From positions 1 through 64,000 of IMG/VR virus record IMGVR_UViG_3300021964_007119: DNA of 64,000 nt; one strand, 5' to 3'. Of this stretch, positions 1 through 9,832 are shown one piece after another; the first letter of the stretch is position 1, and the number at the start of each line of letters is the position of its first letter. The DNA is from a virus. A model generated the notes under the pieces. The model ran no database searches. It was not told where the DNA came from and worked only from the letters and a program-made list of their open reading frames with translations. Both the position numbers and the translations under genes were made by a program.

Positions 1-3000
1 TAATTGGATAAACATTTTCTTTTAATCTTTTATCAGATATACTTGTAAATCCTGTTGTAAATGCTGTAATGTTATCTCTTGCTAATACTTCTCCATCAGT
101 TTTAACTTGGAACAATGTATTTGAACCATTGTGTGCGTGTATCAATACTGATGTTGCTGCACCAGTTGATGTATTACGAACCGAACCTGATGTTACTAAA
201 CCACCAACATTTGCACTACCTGTAATATTTATTTCTCTTGCTATAAGGTTTGAACCACTTATACTTCCGGTTACGATAGCTTGATTAGTGGTTATGTTTT
301 CCACAATCATTCCTCTTATACCAGGTGATGCTGGTATCACTCTACTGCCACCACCATAAGTTCCACCACCAGTTTGTGCGGAAGTTCCGATAACAGCTAC
401 AATGTTATTATCCGCATCTTTGAATACGGTTCCGGCATCATCTCCACTAGCATTTAATTCTATTTCAGATAATCCTAATCCTGTTGCTCCTACTCTTAAA
501 GTATCACCACCAAAAAATCCAACACTATTTCCGTCTTTTACAAAATTAACACCGAGATTATCTATACCGACAAAACTTTGAGTTGCAAATCCACTCGTGC
601 TTGTATTACCGACTTTTACTCCATTCCCATCAACTGCTAATTTTGGAACATTACCATCTTTTAATCTTAATCCAGAACCCGATACTTCAAAGTGAGAACC
701 GGTTGTTACTCCGATTGTTGCTTCACCTACACCAAATTTAGATTGTGTTACTCCTCCTTTTAAGAAAATAAGAGCATTAGTATCTAAACTTGCTGTTGTT
801 TGTGAACCGATAACACTATTTCTTAATTCTATACTTTCACCATAGTCTGCTAATATTTGTCCATTATCTTTTCTTAAAGACATTCCACCACTATTTAAAT
901 CAACTTGAGTTTCATAAGGATTTATTTTTGTTCCTAATGATGATGACGCTGAATTAATGGCGTTGGTTTGTGCTGTTGACGCTGAAGCTGCACTTCCACT
1001 TATACTTGATTTGGAATCTACTGCCGTTGTCAACGAAGCTGTTGCTGAACCAATATTATCAAACACATCTTGTGCTCCACCACCAGTAATGGTTACTTTA
1101 CCATTAACTTCTAATGAACCGGTTTCAAAAGACATATATCCACTTGTAGTTCCACCAACACGAAAAACTGAATTACCTGCCATAAATATACCATTACCGG
1201 TATGTTTGGCTGTTGCACTTCCTAAACGAATTTGATTAGAAGAACTTGCAGCATTTGCTGTTCCAATTAAACGAAGTCCACCTGAATTTATGTCTATTTG
1301 TGCAACATCAACATCTAATGTTGTTCCGTCATATACGATTTTATTATTGTCGTCTTCACCAAATTTAAAATTACCATTGTTTTTAATAAATACTGGCCAA
1401 CTAGAATCACTTGTTGGACTACCAGATTCTTTATATCCTAAGAAAGTTGATGTCAATACTAATCCAGTCGTTCCAGTCAACACACCACTTCCTAAATTAC
1501 TACCAATAATGTCTTTTGCTGTAAATCCTGTAGATGTTAGTCCAACATTTGCTCGTGTAGACCCTGTATAAGAACCAGATGCCATATCAATCACAAGTGA
1601 GTGAGATGCGTTCGCACCAAGTGAACTTGATTGGAATGCTCCGTCTGCGATATCAGCTATATATGAAGCAGTTTGAGCATTTGATGATGTTGCTGTAGCT
1701 TGTAATCCTGCTATAGCTTCACTTGTTGCACCACCGGTAATGGTTACTGAACCATTAACTTCTAATGTTCCACCACTAAATTTTACATAGTTTGATGAAG
1801 CTCCACCTACTCTAAAATCTCCATCACCATCTACATAAAATCCGTCTCCGGTTGTTAAATCTACTGCACTTCCTAAAAGAATTTGATTGGAACCTGTTGT
1901 TGCTAATGGTGAACCAATAATTCGTAATCCACCAGTGTTTATATCTATTTCCGCAACATCAATATCTAATGTACTTCCGTCATATGTGATTTTATTATTC
2001 TGTGTATTTCCAAATTTAAAAGTTCCGTTATTTCTTATAAAAACTGGAAAGTTTGCTTCTGATGTTCCACCTGTTGTTTTAAATCCTAAGAATTCAGAAG
2101 TCATTACTAATCCACTAATTCCAGAAGTTACTGTACTTCCTAAATCACTACCAACAATATCTTTTGCAACATTACCGCCTGGTGATAATCCTACATTTGC
2201 TCTTGTAGACCCTGTATAAGAACCAGATGCCATATCAATCACAAGTGAGTGAGATGCGTTCGCACCAACTGAACCTGATTGGAATGCTCCTTGTGCTAAC
2301 AATGAAGCTGATGCTTCCGCTCCTTGTCCAAACAATGAACCAGATTCAACAATCCCTGTTGTTGCAAATGTAAATGATTCTGACGCTTGTGCATCTATTT
2401 GGGATGCTGACGCAAACAATGATTGAGTTGCGTTTCCAAGTTGACTAATAGATGAGTCTGAAGCTGATACTTGTGATTGTATGGATGCTGTCGTATCTCC
2501 TAAAGAGTTTAATGTTGTTTGTAATGGCCCACCCGAGACTGTGATTGTTCCGTTTACCTCTAAAGTTGCACCATTGAATTTTACAAAGTTTGATGACGCT
2601 CCACCTGCTCTAAAATTACCACCACCATCTATGTAAACACCATCACCACTTGCTATGGCTGTTGCACTTCCTAATAAAATTTTATTACTAGTTCCACTTC
2701 CTTCACCTTGTATTTTTAAACCAGTTGTGTCTAAGTCAAATTTCTTTAATTTTGCTTCAAATGAACCTGTTTGGAAAGATATATGTTCTAATGAACTTCC
2801 TGCGAAGAATGAACCTGTTAAAAATATATTATCTGTTGCTAAACCAAATCCACTTACACTTGCTCCTTCTATTTTACCAAATAAACCAGACAAATCTCCA
2901 ATACGAACCTTTAAATCCGTATCAAAAACACCCGAACCTGTTCTTTCAATAATATCCATATAAGGTGTAAATGTATCACTTGGATTTGCGTTTAATCTAA

Positions 3001-6000
3001 TATATCCCGTGTTAACTCTACCGGTTGAAACGATAACTTGTCCATCTGTGTATGATGAACCTGTTCCTGGTGCTTCACTTATAGATGATGATAATGCTCC
3101 TAGTCCGTGATAGGTACTAGTATCAATTGATTGTGATAGTCTACCCCAAGAACGAGATACGAATAAAAATCCACCTAAATTTTTATCATCATCTGGAAAT
3201 GCTCTTGATGAACTATTTATCCTAACATACTCAGATGAAAATCCTGTTTGTGTTACTTTTTTAATAAGTGCTACTTCTCCGTTTTCAAAACCACTAACAT
3301 TATCTACTGACATTGATGTTGTCGATTTTCCAACTCCAATATCAGAACCACTAATTGTTGTTGAATTCGCTACCCACAATTGTCCACCAACTGCATTTAC
3401 GGTTTCTTTTTCAAATACCGTAGTTCTTAAAGTTCCTCTAATTTTTGCTTCGTGTACTTCTAAAAATCCATCTTTAAATGATGATAATCTAAAACCTCTA
3501 AAGTCTGAAATATAATTTGATGATAAAATATCACCAGATGATGAAATGATTAAATTATTACTACTAATTTTATCACTTCCTAATTCCCAACCACCTATTC
3601 TACCACCACTAAAGAATACATCAGAACCTGATATTCCACCACTTGAACTTAGTATTAATTTATTATCAAAAGATTTTATTTGAGTATTATTTACTGCGAA
3701 ACCACCAATCGATGCTGATACAAATCTTGCATATCCAGCAGTTGTTATTTCTGCTAAAGCATCACCTACAGCTGGCGTTTGTATAGAATTAGCTGAGAAA
3801 GTTCCTTGAACATCAACATCACCTGTAATCGTACCACCAGTAATCAATACATTTGATGCTGTTAAATTTCCGTCTGCACTAACTTGAAATTTGGAAGCTG
3901 ATATAAAGTTATTCTGTTTACCGCCTTGTGTTGGTATTCCTGATGCTGAACCAGATATGTAGAATGAATTAGAACCAGTTGTAAATAAAGCGTTTGAATC
4001 TATATTGAAACTTGCGATAGAACCAGTTGAAAATCTTGCATATCCGTCGGCTAATATTTCTGCTTTAAATGGTGGGCCTCCAACAGGAACTCTAATTTGA
4101 TTTGCTGTTGCAGCATTTACTGTGACACTATCACCAATCACTAATGAACCTGTTATTGTTCCACCAGCTATGTGTATGTTTGAAGCAGAGATATTTCCTT
4201 CTGTATCAAGATAGAATTGAGAAGAACTAATTTCTAAATTACCATTAGAACCACTTATAAATGCTCCATTTGACCCAGACTTTCCAAAAAAGAAATCTTT
4301 TGATTGAACTTTAAATAATGAACCACTAGATTCACCCGTTTCTGTTCTATATTGTAAAAATGAATCATCTCCGTCGTGAAGTTCTAACCCAATACCACGA
4401 TAGTTATCTGAACCAGATAAGTTGGGCAATACTGACCCAGAAAATATCATAAATCCTGAACCAGTTCCGTTTGCTTTCATTGACGCTGACGAGAATCCGT
4501 GATACCCTACTGAACGAATAAATGCTGAATTTGTTCCTCCTATCTCTACACCTTGTCCTATTGTATTTCCTACAAATAATGAACCAGTTAATAAATTATT
4601 ACCACCTTGAATTACTTCGTTTTCTCCTTCAAATTTCACTTTATCTTTAAAAGCAATATAATCTGATTTTTTACCATCTCTGTTTAAAAATTCAAGTCTA
4701 AAATCAAATATATCTGGTTTTACTCTTAATTTTGGCATTGGAGCTACAAATGTGAATTCATCTGGTGAAAAATTAGTATCATTACTTGGAATTAATTCTA
4801 CTCTACCCAAATGTAATTCTCCAGATTCTATTTCTATCTGTAATTTGGTATCATCATTTACAACTACATTTCTTTCAAATGAAGGTCTGAATGGTATTCT
4901 TACAATACTAAAATCTATAAACTCTCCAACTGAATTATTTGATTTTTTTGATTTTAATTCTATAACTTCACCATAATTTTCATCTTCTGTTTTTGTGATT
5001 TTTATCGGGTCACCAAAAGAAGATACAGCATTACCAAGTTTAATACTTGGATTGTTTTGATTAATTTTACTTCCACTAATATAAAATCTTATTTTCGCTC
5101 TAGGTTGTTTTAAAACAGTTCCATCATCTTGAAGAATATCTTTTTCACCTACTTTTAATATTGGTCTTAGTTTTAATTCATAGTCAACATTTGGCCTCAT
5201 TTTTAAATTTGATAATTTTGTTTCAAATACGATAGTCTCGTCCGCTCCACCATTTGAACCAGATATATGAACTCCACCCATCATACTAGGTGTTAATGTG
5301 TCACCAAATGAAATACTACCACTTGTAGAAATACTAGGAACTTTTGACCCTTTTACTCTTCTTTTTAATACCCAATGTTTATTGAGTTGATTTCCACTTT
5401 TAAATACACCTATTTTTTGAGATAATGTTGGTGAACTTCTGTCATTTAAAACATCTGAAGATTCTACCAATCTATCACTTATTAAAGTAAATGGTGTATT
5501 ATTAGTTAAAGCTCTAGTGTATGTTTTTACTCTATGTACATCACCAGAAAATGTTTTCATATTTTTTATGGTGATTTCTGCAAAAGACCTAAATATATTT
5601 ATACTTTCACCAGAACCACTATTTTGTGTTTGACCTGCTGGTTGAAAATCTATTTCATATGAAGTTGATTCATATGGAACTTTAAATTTTGTTCCATAGT
5701 CTTTTTCTCTTCTACTTTCAATTGTAAATGGTCTATCAATTTCCAATAAATCTGGACTATGAACGGCTACAATAGAAGCTGTTAATGATGAACTTATAAA
5801 ACTCTGTCCAGCTACATTACTAATTCTTTCCAAATTAACTTTTGGTTCTGCTCTAAATATACCACCTGCAAACTCACTTCTAAATGAATTAGAACCACTC
5901 GCATAAATTAGTGTTCCTTTTCCTGTCCAATTAGGGTCTGGAATACTTGGTGGTAGGACTACCACCGTGTCGTCTTTTATGGGTGGATATTCATCATCAA

Positions 6001-6853
6001 TAATATCTTCTTCTTTAGGAAATGGTTTATCATTTGGTGGAAACCCGTGTTGATGTTCGTATAAGATATCATCAAAATCATTTTCTATCCCAATACCAAG
6101 TCCATCATCTGAAAGATTATCTATAAATGATGAATAATTATTTAGTGACGAGTTATAAGTAAAATCTGGTTGTTCAAAAGCAAAACCTTCTTCTGTTTCT
6201 GATGGGAAATCATCTATGTCTCTAAATTGTCTAAATGGACTTGCGTTAGCTTCAAAATTACCACCAGTAAATGTTGATTGTGTTACGAATCCTGTTATTG
6301 TGTCTCCACCACTACCACTAGGAACAATAACACCTCTAACTTGTTCTGATATTTCTAAAGATGGTAATCTATATTTATCAAGTTTTCCAAAACCAACAGT
6401 TTCTCCTTGAAATATAATTTTTTCAAGATTTTTTTCTAAAGGGTCTATAAAAACATTTCGTTCCCACTTAACATTATACAAACCTTTCCATTCATCAGGA
6501 ATTTCAGTTCCGTCTGCTAATCTTTCTGCGGAACCAAGTATAGTTAGTCTTCCAACACCTGCTGGTATATTTTTATACACTTCGATTGAGATATGTCTTG
6601 AAGGTTTATCACCTAAATATTTAATAGCTTCTATAAATACTGGTTTACCATTAACATCAAGTAGTTCTACTTTTATTTCGGCTTCAGGTAATAGATATTC
6701 AGAACCCAATATTTGAAAAGAACTTTTACCACCAGGTATAGTTTCCTCTATACTAAAAACATTGAAATATATAGACTCTGTTGTATTGTCTACTATGAAT
6801 GTTTCTATGTTTGTAAGGTCTTGTTTTTTTAATCTTTTTTGTAGTACTGCCAT
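1..6853 (-). CDS. Giant tail fibre / receptor-binding protein (>2280 aa, 3' end beyond window) with C-terminal peptidase S74-type chaperone
   Basis: ATG at 6853 (MAVLQKRLKKQDLTNIETF...); same frame near position 40 reads ...DNITAFTTGFTSISDKRLKENVYPI, the SDxRLK motif at the start of S74 intramolecular chaperones; Ser/Gly-rich repeats; frame spot-checked, not read codon by codon. Confidence 0.85.
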   Translation of the reverse strand, partial: MAVLQKRLKKQDLTNIETFIVDNTTESIYFNVFSIEETIPGGKSSFQILGSEYLLPEAEIKVELLDVNGKPVFIEAIKYLGDKPSRHISIEVYKNIPAGVGRLTILGSAERLADGTEIPDEWKGLYNVKWERNVFIDPLEKNLEKIIFQGETVGFGKLDKYRLPSLEISEQVRGVIVPSGSGGDTITGFVTQSTFTGGNFEANASPFRQFRDIDDFPSETEEGFAFEQPDFTYNSSLNNYSSFIDNLSDDGLGIGIENDFDDILYEHQHGFPPNDKPFPKEEDIIDDEYPPIKDDTVVVLPPSIPDPNWTGKGTLIYASGSNSFRSEFAGGIFRAEPKVNLERISNVAGQSFISSSLTASIVAVHSPDLLEIDRPFTIESRREKDYGTKFKVPYESTSYEIDFQPAGQTQNSGSGESINIFRSFAEITIKNMKTFSGDVHRVKTYTRALTNNTPFTLISDRLVESSDVLNDRSSPTLSQKIGVFKSGNQLNKHWVLKRRVKGSKVPSISTSGSISFGDTLTPSMMGGVHISGSNGGADETIVFETKLSNLKMRPNVDYELKLRPILKVGEKDILQDDGTVLKQPRAKIRFYISGSKINQNNPSIKLGNAVSSFGDPIKITKTEDENYGEVIELKSKKSNNSVGEFIDFSIVRIPFRPSFERNVVVNDDTKLQIEIESGELHLGRVELIPSNDTNFSPDEFTFVAPMPKLRVKPDIFDFRLEFLNRDGKKSDYIAFKDKVKFEGENEVIQGGNNLLTGSLFVGNTIGQGVEIGGTNSAFIRSVGYHGFSSASMKANGTGSGFMIFSGSVLPNLSGSDNYRGIGLELHDGDDSFLQYRTETGESSGSLFKVQSKDFFFGKSGSNGAFISGSNGNLEISSSQFYLDTEGNISASNIHIAGGTITGSLVIGDSVTVNAATANQIRVPVGGPPFKAEILADGYARFSTGSIASFNIDSNALFTTGSNSFYISGSASGIPTQGGKQNNFISASKFQVSADGNLTASNVLITGGTITGDVDVQGTFSANSIQTPAVGDALAEITTAGYARFVSASIGGFAVNNTQIKSFDNKLILSSSGGISGSDVFFSGGRIGGWELGSDKISSNNLIISSSGDILSSNYISDFRGFRLSSFKDGFLEVHEAKIRGTLRTTVFEKETVNAVGGQLWVANSTTISGSDIGVGKSTTSMSVDNVSGFENGEVALIKKVTQTGFSSEYVRINSSSRAFPDDDKNLGGFLFVSRSWGRLSQSIDTSTYHGLGALSSSISEAPGTGSSYTDGQVIVSTGRVNTGYIRLNANPSDTFTPYMDIIERTGSGVFDTDLKVRIGDLSGLFGKIEGASVSGFGLATDNIFLTGSFFAGSSLEHISFQTGSFEAKLKKFDLDTTGLKIQGEGSGTSNKILLGSATAIASGDGVYIDGGGNFRAGGASSNFVKFNGATLEVNGTITVSGGPLQTTLNSLGDTTASIQSQVSASDSSISQLGNATQSLFASASQIDAQASESFTFATTGIVESGSLFGQGAEASASLLAQGAFQSGSVGANASHSLVIDMASGSYTGSTRANVGLSPGGNVAKDIVGSDLGSTVTSGISGLVMTSEFLGFKTTGGTSEANFPVFIRNNGTFKFGNTQNNKITYDGSTLDIDVAEIDINTGGLRIIGSPLATTGSNQILLGSAVDLTTGDGFYVDGDGDFRVGGASSNYVKFSGGTLEVNGSVTITGGATSEAIAGLQATATSSNAQTASYIADIADGAFQSSSLGANASHSLVIDMASGSYTGSTRANVGLTSTGFTAKDIIGSNLGSGVLTGTTGLVLTSTFLGYKESGSPTSDSSWPVFIKNNGNFKFGEDDNNKIVYDGTTLDVDVAQIDINSGGLRLIGTANAASSSNQIRLGSATAKHTGNGIFMAGNSVFRVGGTTSGYMSFETGSLEVNGKVTITGGGAQDVFDNIGSATASLTTAVDSKSSISGSAASASTAQTNAINSASSSLGTKINPYETQVDLNSGGMSLRKDNGQILADYGESIELRNSVIGSQTTASLDTNALIFLKGGVTQSKFGVGEATIGVTTGSHFEVSGSGLRLKDGNVPKLAVDGNGVKVGNTSTSGFATQSFVGIDNLGVNFVKDGNSVGFFGGDTLRVGATGLGLSEIELNASGDDAGTVFKDADNNIVAVIGTSAQTGGGTYGGGSRVIPASPGIRGMIVENITTNQAIVTGSISGSNLIAREINITGSANVGGLVTSGSVRNTSTGAATSVLIHAHNGSNTLFQVKTDGEVLARDNITAFTTGFTSISDKRLKENVYPI
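1557..2268. repeat. 64-bp exact direct repeat (1557-1620 and 2205-2268; period 648 bp = 216 aa) inside tail-fibre gene
   Basis: gtagaccctgtataagaaccagatgccatatcaatcacaagtgagtgagatgcgttcgcaccaa occurs twice; flanking module copies diverged (FR(V/A)GG near 1160, 1810, 2608). Confidence 0.95.
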
Positions 6854-6938
6854 ATACACATAAATATCTTGAAATTAAAAAAGTGTCTTTATTTTATGAA
6901 TTTTGTATGATTTTTTTATGAAAAAACTACTTATTAGT

Positions 6939-7097
6939 ATGGACAAGTTTGTAGACATAAAAATAAGAGCTAAATATAGGGATATGTTAAAGGAATATTG
7001 TAAAGACAATGGTTATAAAATGTATGCTTGTGTTGAGAGTTTAATAGAAAAAAATTGTAGAAAAAAGAAAGTTTTAATTGTGGATAGAAAAAATTAA
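6939..7097 (+). CDS. Small ribbon-helix-helix-like DNA-binding protein
   Basis: MDKFVDIKIRAKYRDMLKEYCKDNGYKMYACVESLI fits beta-alpha-alpha RHH pattern; preceded by TACTTAT motif; only convincing plus-strand CDS. Confidence 0.55.
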   Translation: MDKFVDIKIRAKYRDMLKEYCKDNGYKMYACVESLIEKNCRKKKVLIVDRKN

Positions 7098-7984
7098 AAA
7101 CTAGTTGGTGGTATTGCACCCTTTCCTATATTTTTAATTTGTTTATCTTCATCTTCTTCTAAATCATAATGTAATCCGTCATTTCCATTTTGACCGATTA
7201 TATCCATTCGTTCATCATCTTCAATTAATGTATCTTGTGAATAGATATCTTTCCAATTATCGTGTTGTGTTTTTTTCTTTGGTTTATTCTGTAATAACAC
7301 TTGGTTATATGCTATTACTAACATAACGGCTAACGGGTCAAACACAAAAATAAGAATAAAAATAAAAAACTTAACCACCGTATCTATGTCCGTTCCGAAA
7401 GTTCTTGCTAAATATATCGCGGGCCCCACATCAACTCCTGTTGATACTAATCCGATTTCTAAATCTGCTCGTCTTGTTTTAAATTCTAATAACTCTTGAT
7501 TGATTTGTGTGATTTGTGGATTGTATTCTTCTCGTAGTTTTCTTTTAGCAGTAATATAGTTATCTGGTAATTCAGATATTGCTACTTCTAATTCTTCTTT
7601 TAAGAATACTTTGTCTTCATCTAATTGTTCTATTCGTTCTTCAATCGTTAATAGTTCAGTAGATTGTTTTTCAAATTCTAATGTAGCACCTTGATAAGCG
7701 TTAGATAAGTATCCAAAGATGCCTGCTGATGTAATGAATATCAATACAATAGTTGCTATTGTCATATAAACTTTTTGAAACCAATTAATCACATTCCAAT
7801 AACGATACAAAAATGATGCCGTAACTAATTTACCAAGTTCTAATGCACTTGCCATTATCACTACCGATATAAATGCACCACTAAATAGTTTTGCTAATCC
7901 ATAGACCGAAAATGCAGCGGCACTTCCTGCGATTAATAGTGCGGATAAACCTATCCAAATGTAAAAGTATTTTGAGTTTTCCAT
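7094..7984 (-). CDS. Multi-pass membrane protein with coiled coil (DUF4407-like)
   Basis: Three N-terminal TM segments, coiled coil, C-terminal TM with VFDPLA. Confidence 0.65.
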   Translation of the reverse strand: MENSKYFYIWIGLSALLIAGSAAAFSVYGLAKLFSGAFISVVIMASALELGKLVTASFLYRYWNVINWFQKVYMTIATIVLIFITSAGIFGYLSNAYQGATLEFEKQSTELLTIEERIEQLDEDKVFLKEELEVAISELPDNYITAKRKLREEYNPQITQINQELLEFKTRRADLEIGLVSTGVDVGPAIYLARTFGTDIDTVVKFFIFILIFVFDPLAVMLVIAYNQVLLQNKPKKKTQHDNWKDIYSQDTLIEDDERMDIIGQNGNDGLHYDLEEDEDKQIKNIGKGAIPPTSF

Positions 7985-7985
7985 A

Positions 7986-8171
7986 TTATGAATTTGCTAT
8001 GTTGTGTCTGTTTAGATATATGTAAAGAGCTTCTATCTCTTCCTTTGTAATGTTTTTAAAAGATTTTTTATTATCAACTAAATATTTTAATCTTAACATT
8101 GCTTCTGGATTTGATTTAAACAAATCCTCGTTTTCAATAATCATTTTGAATTTTTTATTAATATCTGTCAT
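7986..8171 (-). CDS. Hypothetical protein
   Basis: ATG at 8171 lies 4 nt after ATATTTAT motif. Confidence 0.55.
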   Translation of the reverse strand: MTDINKKFKMIIENEDLFKSNPEAMLRLKYLVDNKKSFKNITKEEIEALYIYLNRHNIANS

Positions 8172-8205
8172 ACTAATAAATATCAATAAATAAAAAAGCC
8201 CACCC

Positions 8206-8406
8206 CTAATCCCTTGAATCCTGTGTAATCTCTATTTCGGCGTCAATTAATTTTCTGCTGGGATAATAGATATCGTTGTTCTGAAGTATCGTATCGGCGT
8301 TGTAACTTTTTTTCAGAGCTTCTATGTTTATATTAGAAGTAATCGGAATTTCTGCAAGAACTTGATACCTATCATCACCAACTGAAATTAACCTAAGTTT
8401 AACCAA
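8206..8406 (-). CDS. Hypothetical protein
   Basis: ORF overlapping Hsp20 stop. Confidence 0.5.
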   Translation of the reverse strand: MVKLRLISVGDDRYQVLAEIPITSNINIEALKKSYNADTILQNNDIYYPSRKLIDAEIEITQDSRD

Positions 8407-8872
8407 TCTTTACTACTTTTTTCTTTGGTTTCTTTGGTTCAATTTTTGGAATATCAATAGATAATAATCCGTCCTTGAAGTTTGCTTTAATTTTATCTCC
8501 GTCAAGTAAATCTCCTAATTCAAATTGTCTTTTGAAAGATGATTGTTTTAATTCTCTACGAAGAACTTTTGCACCTTCAACATCAAATGTTCCGTGTTTA
8601 TCACCTGAAATTGTAAGTTTTCCGTCTTCAACTTCAATGTTCAAGTCTTTTTTATCTAAACCTGGAATTTCTGCTATTAGTCCAACTTTGTCTTCAAATT
8701 CATAGACATTTACTTTTGGATATGCTGTTCCTTGAAATGGCTTAACTCCAACAGTTTTGGCAACATCTGGAAATGCTGTTTCAACTATTTGGTCAAACAT
8801 TTTGTCAAAGGGTGTTAGAAATTGTTCCCTATCGATTGCAGGGAAGTTCGCGTTGTATATTACTTTAGTCAT
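8399..8872 (-). CDS. Hsp20 / alpha-crystallin small heat-shock protein
   Basis: YPKVNVYE...AEIPGLDK...LTISG...SFKRQF...DGLLSIDIPK; AAGGAG RBS. Confidence 0.95.
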   Translation of the reverse strand: MTKVIYNANFPAIDREQFLTPFDKMFDQIVETAFPDVAKTVGVKPFQGTAYPKVNVYEFEDKVGLIAEIPGLDKKDLNIEVEDGKLTISGDKHGTFDVEGAKVLRRELKQSSFKRQFELGDLLDGDKIKANFKDGLLSIDIPKIEPKKPKKKVVKIG

Positions 8873-8966
8873 TTTATTTCTCCTTGTTTTGTTAACTATT
8901 GTAGTCTAACCGATAACCTCTCTTGAGCGTTATCTACATATAAATATAATGTTATTTAAGAAAACA

Positions 8967-9149
8967 TCATATTTTTTTTAAATAATTTTTCGGTATAAAC
9001 CACACTCTACCCATACTATCTTTTGCTCTTAAATGTCCAGGTTTAACATTATTTGCATAAACTTGAACTATTTCATTTTCATAAAGAGCACCTTCAACAC
9101 TTGTATAGTCTTGGGTCAATTTATATTTTCCCTCATTTACATTCCCCAT
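8967..9149 (-). CDS. Small SH3-like hypothetical protein
   Basis: 60 aa ending GRVWFIPKNYL, SH3-like terminus. Confidence 0.45.
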   Translation of the reverse strand: MGNVNEGKYKLTQDYTSVEGALYENEIVQVYANNVKPGHLRAKDSMGRVWFIPKNYLKKI

Positions 9150-9466
9150 TTTATTTTCCCCGGTAATGTCATTTCGTGAAAACCTATTTGTCTTGCTACT
9201 TTTCTAATTAGACTTATCATCTCCATATTGGTTTTACAATTAAATATGTTATCTAATACTCTATCTGCTTGAGAACAAGTCATTCCTTTTTCGTAAACTT
9301 CTCCACCAAACATATATGTTTTACCTGGTGTTTGTGATATCTTAACTAATGCGTTTTGAACTTCTTTAAACTTTAAATAAGAAGGATAATCAGAAACCAA
9401 CTTACCTTGTCCTTTGTCGCACATTATGATATATTTGTCAAACCCAGAAGCTTGACTAATTTTCAT
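9137..9466 (-). CDS. Hypothetical protein
   Basis: ORF overlapping both neighbours. Confidence 0.6.
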   Translation of the reverse strand: MKISQASGFDKYIIMCDKGQGKLVSDYPSYLKFKEVQNALVKISQTPGKTYMFGGEVYEKGMTCSQADRVLDNIFNCKTNMEMISLIRKVARQIGFHEMTLPGKIKWGM

Positions 9467-9743
9467 TTTTTCTAAATTTTAACTTTGATTTTGTCCAGTC
9501 AATCCAAGATTGTTCCCACTCTCTGTATGCTTCTGATTTTTCTGATTGGATAAAGTTAAAATTTACTTCATTTTCAATTTCTCTATTTCTTACTTCTATT
9601 TTTCTATACTCTTTTTGGTATTCCATTATTAATTCAATATTTGGTTTACCTTCAACTTCAATGTTATTATTTTTTAGAACCTTTCCAAAGGCTTCTAAAG
9701 CATAACCACATTCGTCGCTTTGTTGCTGTAAATTCATTGTCAT
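9456..9743 (-). CDS. Hypothetical protein
   Basis: ORF with AGGAG RBS. Confidence 0.6.
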   Translation of the reverse strand: MTMNLQQQSDECGYALEAFGKVLKNNNIEVEGKPNIELIMEYQKEYRKIEVRNREIENEVNFNFIQSEKSEAYREWEQSWIDWTKSKLKFRKNEN

Positions 9744-9780
9744 TTTACAACTCTCCTATTTACTTTCTTTTGTTATTTAA

Positions 9781-9815
9781 TGGGGTGGGTAAGAAAGGAT
9801 AACAACTCCACCCCA
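9781..9815 (-). terminator. GC-rich hairpin downstream of AAA+ gene
   Basis: TGGGGTGG...CCACCCCA inverted repeat; weak U-tract. Confidence 0.5.
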
Positions 9816-9832
9816 CATACCTCCTAATCTAA

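Noticed and set aside
1557-2268. Diversity-generating retroelement TR/VR pair
   Set aside because: Both copies are in frame in one gene, differences are not adenine-specific, and no reverse transcriptase is in the window
69-6410. Plus-strand ORFs in the track
   Set aside because: Antisense shadows of the giant minus-strand fibre gene; the same applies to most other plus-strand ORFs
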